From contig CAWJWE010000009.1 of NCBI GenBank assembly GCA_963846525.1, forward strand, positions 1,061 through 65,060: a DNA stretch of 64,000 bases. Reading direction: 5' to 3'. The notes under the pieces were generated by a model. The model made no database searches and was not told the origin of the DNA. It was given only the letters and a program-made list of their open reading frames with translations. Shown here piece by piece: positions 61,389-64,000 of the stretch; the stretch's first letter is position 1, and each line of letters starts with the position of its first letter. A program made the position numbers and the translations under genes. Source of the DNA: an uncultured Actinomycetota bacterium. Its GTDB lineage: Bacteria; Actinomycetota; Actinomycetes; JACCUZ01.

Positions 61389-63024
61389 CCTGGCCCGGGT
61401 GCGGCTGACCCGACGCCCGGGCTGGCCCGCCGCCGGGTACGCCGTCGCACTGCTGGCGCTCGTGCTCCTGGTCGGGCTGCCGCTGGTCGAGCTGGTCCGG
61501 GCCGCCACCGAGGACGGCGTCGCCGGGATCCGGGCCGCGCTGTCCGGCAGCTCCGGCCGCGCGGTGTTCAACACCGCATGGACCTCGCTGGCCGTCACCG
61601 TCCTGGCCACCGCCGGAGGCGCCGCCGCGGCCCTGGTCACCGAGCGCAGCCGGGCGCCCGGCCGCCGGTGGCTGCGCGGAGCCCTGATCGCCTCGCTGGT
61701 CAGCGCCCCGCTGGTCAGCGCGCTGGGCTGGGCGCGGGCCTACGGCCGGTCCGGGCTGTCCGACGACCTGCTCGGGCTGCACTGGGGCGGGCTGTACGGT
61801 CCGGCGGGCATCGTGGTGGTGACGGCGGCCGGCGCGGTGCCGCTGGCCTACCTGGTGGTCGCAGCGGCGCTGGCCGCCCGGGCCGAGCCGGACCTCGAGC
61901 GGGCCGCCCACGCGGCCGGTGCCGGACCGGCGGAGGTGGTCCGCACGGTCACCTTGCCGCTGGCCCGGCCTGCCCTCGGTGGCGCGGCGGCGCTGGTGCT
62001 GGTCTCCGCGGTGAACTCCTTCGAGGTCCCCGTCGTCCTGGGCCTGCCGGCCGGCTTCCCGACCATGACCACCCGGCTCTACCAGAACCTCACCCTGTCG
62101 GCCGACCCGGCGGCGTTCACCGCGGCGACCGTCCTGGCCACCGCCCTGGTCGTGGTGGCCGTCCTGGTGATCGGGCCGGCCGACGCCCTGACCGGCCTGA
62201 GCCGGGCTCGGCGGACGGGGGGCTCCGCGGGGTCCCCGGTGGCGGCCGGGCGCCGCTCTTGGGGGCTGGCCACGGTGCTGTGGCTGTTCCTGGCGCTGAC
62301 CGTGGCGGTACCGCTGCTCGCCCTGGTCCTGGTGGCCGTGACCCGCGGCGCGGGCGTCGCCCCGGTGCCGGCCAACTGGAGCCTGGACAACTTCGCCGCG
62401 GCGCTGGACAGCACCTTCTGGCGAGCGCTGGGCAACACCCTGCGGCTGGCGGCCGGCGCCGCGACCGTCGTGGTGCTGCTCGGCGGGCTGACCGCGGCGC
62501 TGGGCCGACGGCCGCGCGGACGTCTGATCGGTACGGCGGTCACACTGACCTTCGCGGTCGCCGGCTCGGCCCTGGCGGTCGCCGTGCTGCTCGCCTACGG
62601 ACGCGTCCTGCGCGACACGTTGACCATCATCCTGGTGGCCTACGTCGCGAAGTTCTGGGCGCTCGCACACCGGCCGATCGCCGGTGCCGCCGAGCAGGTG
62701 CCCGACGACCTGGTGCGCGCCGCGCGGGCGAGCGGCGCCGGCCCGGTCGCCGTCGCAGGCACCGTGGTGGCGCCGCTGCTGCGGCCGGCGTTGGCGGCCG
62801 GCTGGCTGCTGGTCTTCCTCTTCGCCGTGCACGAGCTGACCATCTCGAGCCTGCTCTACGGGCCGGGCAAGGAGACCCTCGCGGTCGTCGTGCTCAACCA
62901 CCAGGAGCTCGGCGACGTGGGGGTCACCTCGGCGCTGTCGGTCGTCCTCACCGTGCTGATCGGTGCCGCCGCCGCGGTGCTGCTGCTAGTACGCCGGGCG
63001 GCCCGACGGGTGGCCGTCCGGTGA
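61381..63024 (+). CDS. ABC transporter permease (iron(III)/FbpB-like, two fused permease halves)
   Basis: Intact multi-TM ORF with EAA-like loops (AAHAAGAGPAEVVRTVTLPLARPAL; AARASGAGPVAVAGTVVAPLLRPAL). Confidence 0.92.
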   Translation: MADLARVRLTRRPGWPAAGYAVALLALVLLVGLPLVELVRAATEDGVAGIRAALSGSSGRAVFNTAWTSLAVTVLATAGGAAAALVTERSRAPGRRWLRGALIASLVSAPLVSALGWARAYGRSGLSDDLLGLHWGGLYGPAGIVVVTAAGAVPLAYLVVAAALAARAEPDLERAAHAAGAGPAEVVRTVTLPLARPALGGAAALVLVSAVNSFEVPVVLGLPAGFPTMTTRLYQNLTLSADPAAFTAATVLATALVVVAVLVIGPADALTGLSRARRTGGSAGSPVAAGRRSWGLATVLWLFLALTVAVPLLALVLVAVTRGAGVAPVPANWSLDNFAAALDSTFWRALGNTLRLAAGAATVVVLLGGLTAALGRRPRGRLIGTAVTLTFAVAGSALAVAVLLAYGRVLRDTLTIILVAYVAKFWALAHRPIAGAAEQVPDDLVRAARASGAGPVAVAGTVVAPLLRPALAAGWLLVFLFAVHELTISSLLYGPGKETLAVVVLNHQELGDVGVTSALSVVLTVLIGAAAAVLLLVRRAARRVAVR

Positions 63025-64000
63025 CCGCGCCGGACCCCGCGGTCGACGCGCTCGACGTCCGCGGGCTGGGTGTGGGCTACGGCGCCCGCGAGGTCCTGCG
63101 GTCGCTGGACCTCACGGTCGGGCCGGCCGAAGCCGTCGCGCTGCTCGGACCGTCCGGCTGTGGGAAGACCACGTTGCTCGGCGCCGTGGCAGGCTTCGTC
63201 GAGCCCCGGGCCGGCGAGGTCCGGATCGGTGGGCGGCTGGTGGCCGACCCGCGCCACAGCCTGCCGCCGGAGCAGCGCGGAGTTGGGGTGGTGTTCCAGA
63301 GCTATGCGCTGTGGCCGCACCTCAGCGCCCTCGACAATGTGGCCTACCCGCTGCGGCGCTCGGGGGCCGGCCGGGCCGAGGCCCGCCGGCAGGCAGCCGA
63401 GCTGCTCGGCCGACTGGGCATCGCGGCGCTGGCCGGCTCCCGTCCCGCGGAGCTCTCCGGCGGCGAACAACAACGGGTCGGGGTGGCGCGCGCACTGGCC
63501 CGGCCCGCGGCGCTGTACCTGTTCGACGAGCCGACCGCCCACCTGGACACCGCCCTGCGCGCGGGCATGCAGGAGGAGCTCGCGAGTCAGCGCGAGGCGA
63601 TGGGCGCCGCGGTGCTGTACGCGACCCACGACGTCGCGGAGGCGCTGTCCGTCGCGGACCGGGTGGCGCTGATGCGCGACGGTGCGGTCGCGCAGGTCGG
63701 CAGCCCACCGGAGGTCTACGAGGAGCCGGCCGACCTGTGGTGCGCCCGGCTGACCGGTCCCGCGTCGGTGCTGCGGCTGCCGGCCGCAGGCGCCGGCCCG
63801 GGCTCGGTGCGGCTCGACGTCGCCGGCGTCGTCGTCACCGCCGACGTCCCGCCGGGATCTGCGGGGGAGGGCCGGGTGCGATCCGTGCTCGTCCGGCCGG
63901 AATGGGCCCGGCTGGACGGTCCGCTGGCCGGCCGGGTCAGCGCCGTCCGGTTCCGCGGGCCGCACACCGACTACCGGCTGGACACACCGGTCGGGCCGGT
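63021..64000 (+). CDS. ABC transporter ATP-binding protein (runs off the window edge)
   Basis: VALLGPSGCGKTTLLGAVAGF; LSGGEQQRVGVARALARPAALYLFDEPTAHLD; C-terminal TOBE-like region. Confidence 0.95.
   Translation, partial: MTAPDPAVDALDVRGLGVGYGAREVLRSLDLTVGPAEAVALLGPSGCGKTTLLGAVAGFVEPRAGEVRIGGRLVADPRHSLPPEQRGVGVVFQSYALWPHLSALDNVAYPLRRSGAGRAEARRQAAELLGRLGIAALAGSRPAELSGGEQQRVGVARALARPAALYLFDEPTAHLDTALRAGMQEELASQREAMGAAVLYATHDVAEALSVADRVALMRDGAVAQVGSPPEVYEEPADLWCARLTGPASVLRLPAAGAGPGSVRLDVAGVVVTADVPPGSAGEGRVRSVLVRPEWARLDGPLAGRVSAVRFRGPHTDYRLDTPVGP

Overview
High-GC actinobacterial chromosome segment (Geodermatophilaceae-like by gene content; this is inference). A conserved housekeeping backbone runs mostly left to right: rpsA, coaE, uvrB, TerC, MBL hydrolase, uvrA, NarL-type regulator/PAS kinase, Rieske protein, uvrC, rapZ, yvcK-like, whiA, gap, pgk, tpiA, secG, rbpA, and an iron-type ABC transporter. 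Two accessory surface-glycan islands interrupt it. Island A (~5.3-25.4 kb, coaE to uvrB) encodes polysaccharide deacetylase, glycosyltransferases, polyprenyl-phosphate sugar transferase, DegT aminotransferase, nucleotide-sugar dehydrogenase, CapD-like epimerase, tyrosine autokinase and polymerase/ligase-like membrane proteins. Interleaved with these are an HprK-like kinase, three PqqD-like proteins, an NTP_transf_5-type nucleotidyltransferase, two LuxR-type regulators and two Tat-signal proteins. Island B (~27.8-37.0 kb, uvrB to TerC) has three sulfotransferase-like genes, three or more glycosyltransferases and an ABC exporter. A MauE-like gene and a redoxin fused to a C-terminal PqqD-like domain lie at the left edge. 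The best candidate for an under-described system is the PqqD / HprK-like kinase / nucleotidyltransferase / Tat-substrate module embedded in the polysaccharide operon. The sequence carries many apparent single-base indels, also in essential genes (rpsA, gap, pgk, uvrB), so most frame breaks look like sequencing error. Boundaries of frameshifted genes are approximate. No CRISPR, rRNA, tRNA or transposase was recognised.
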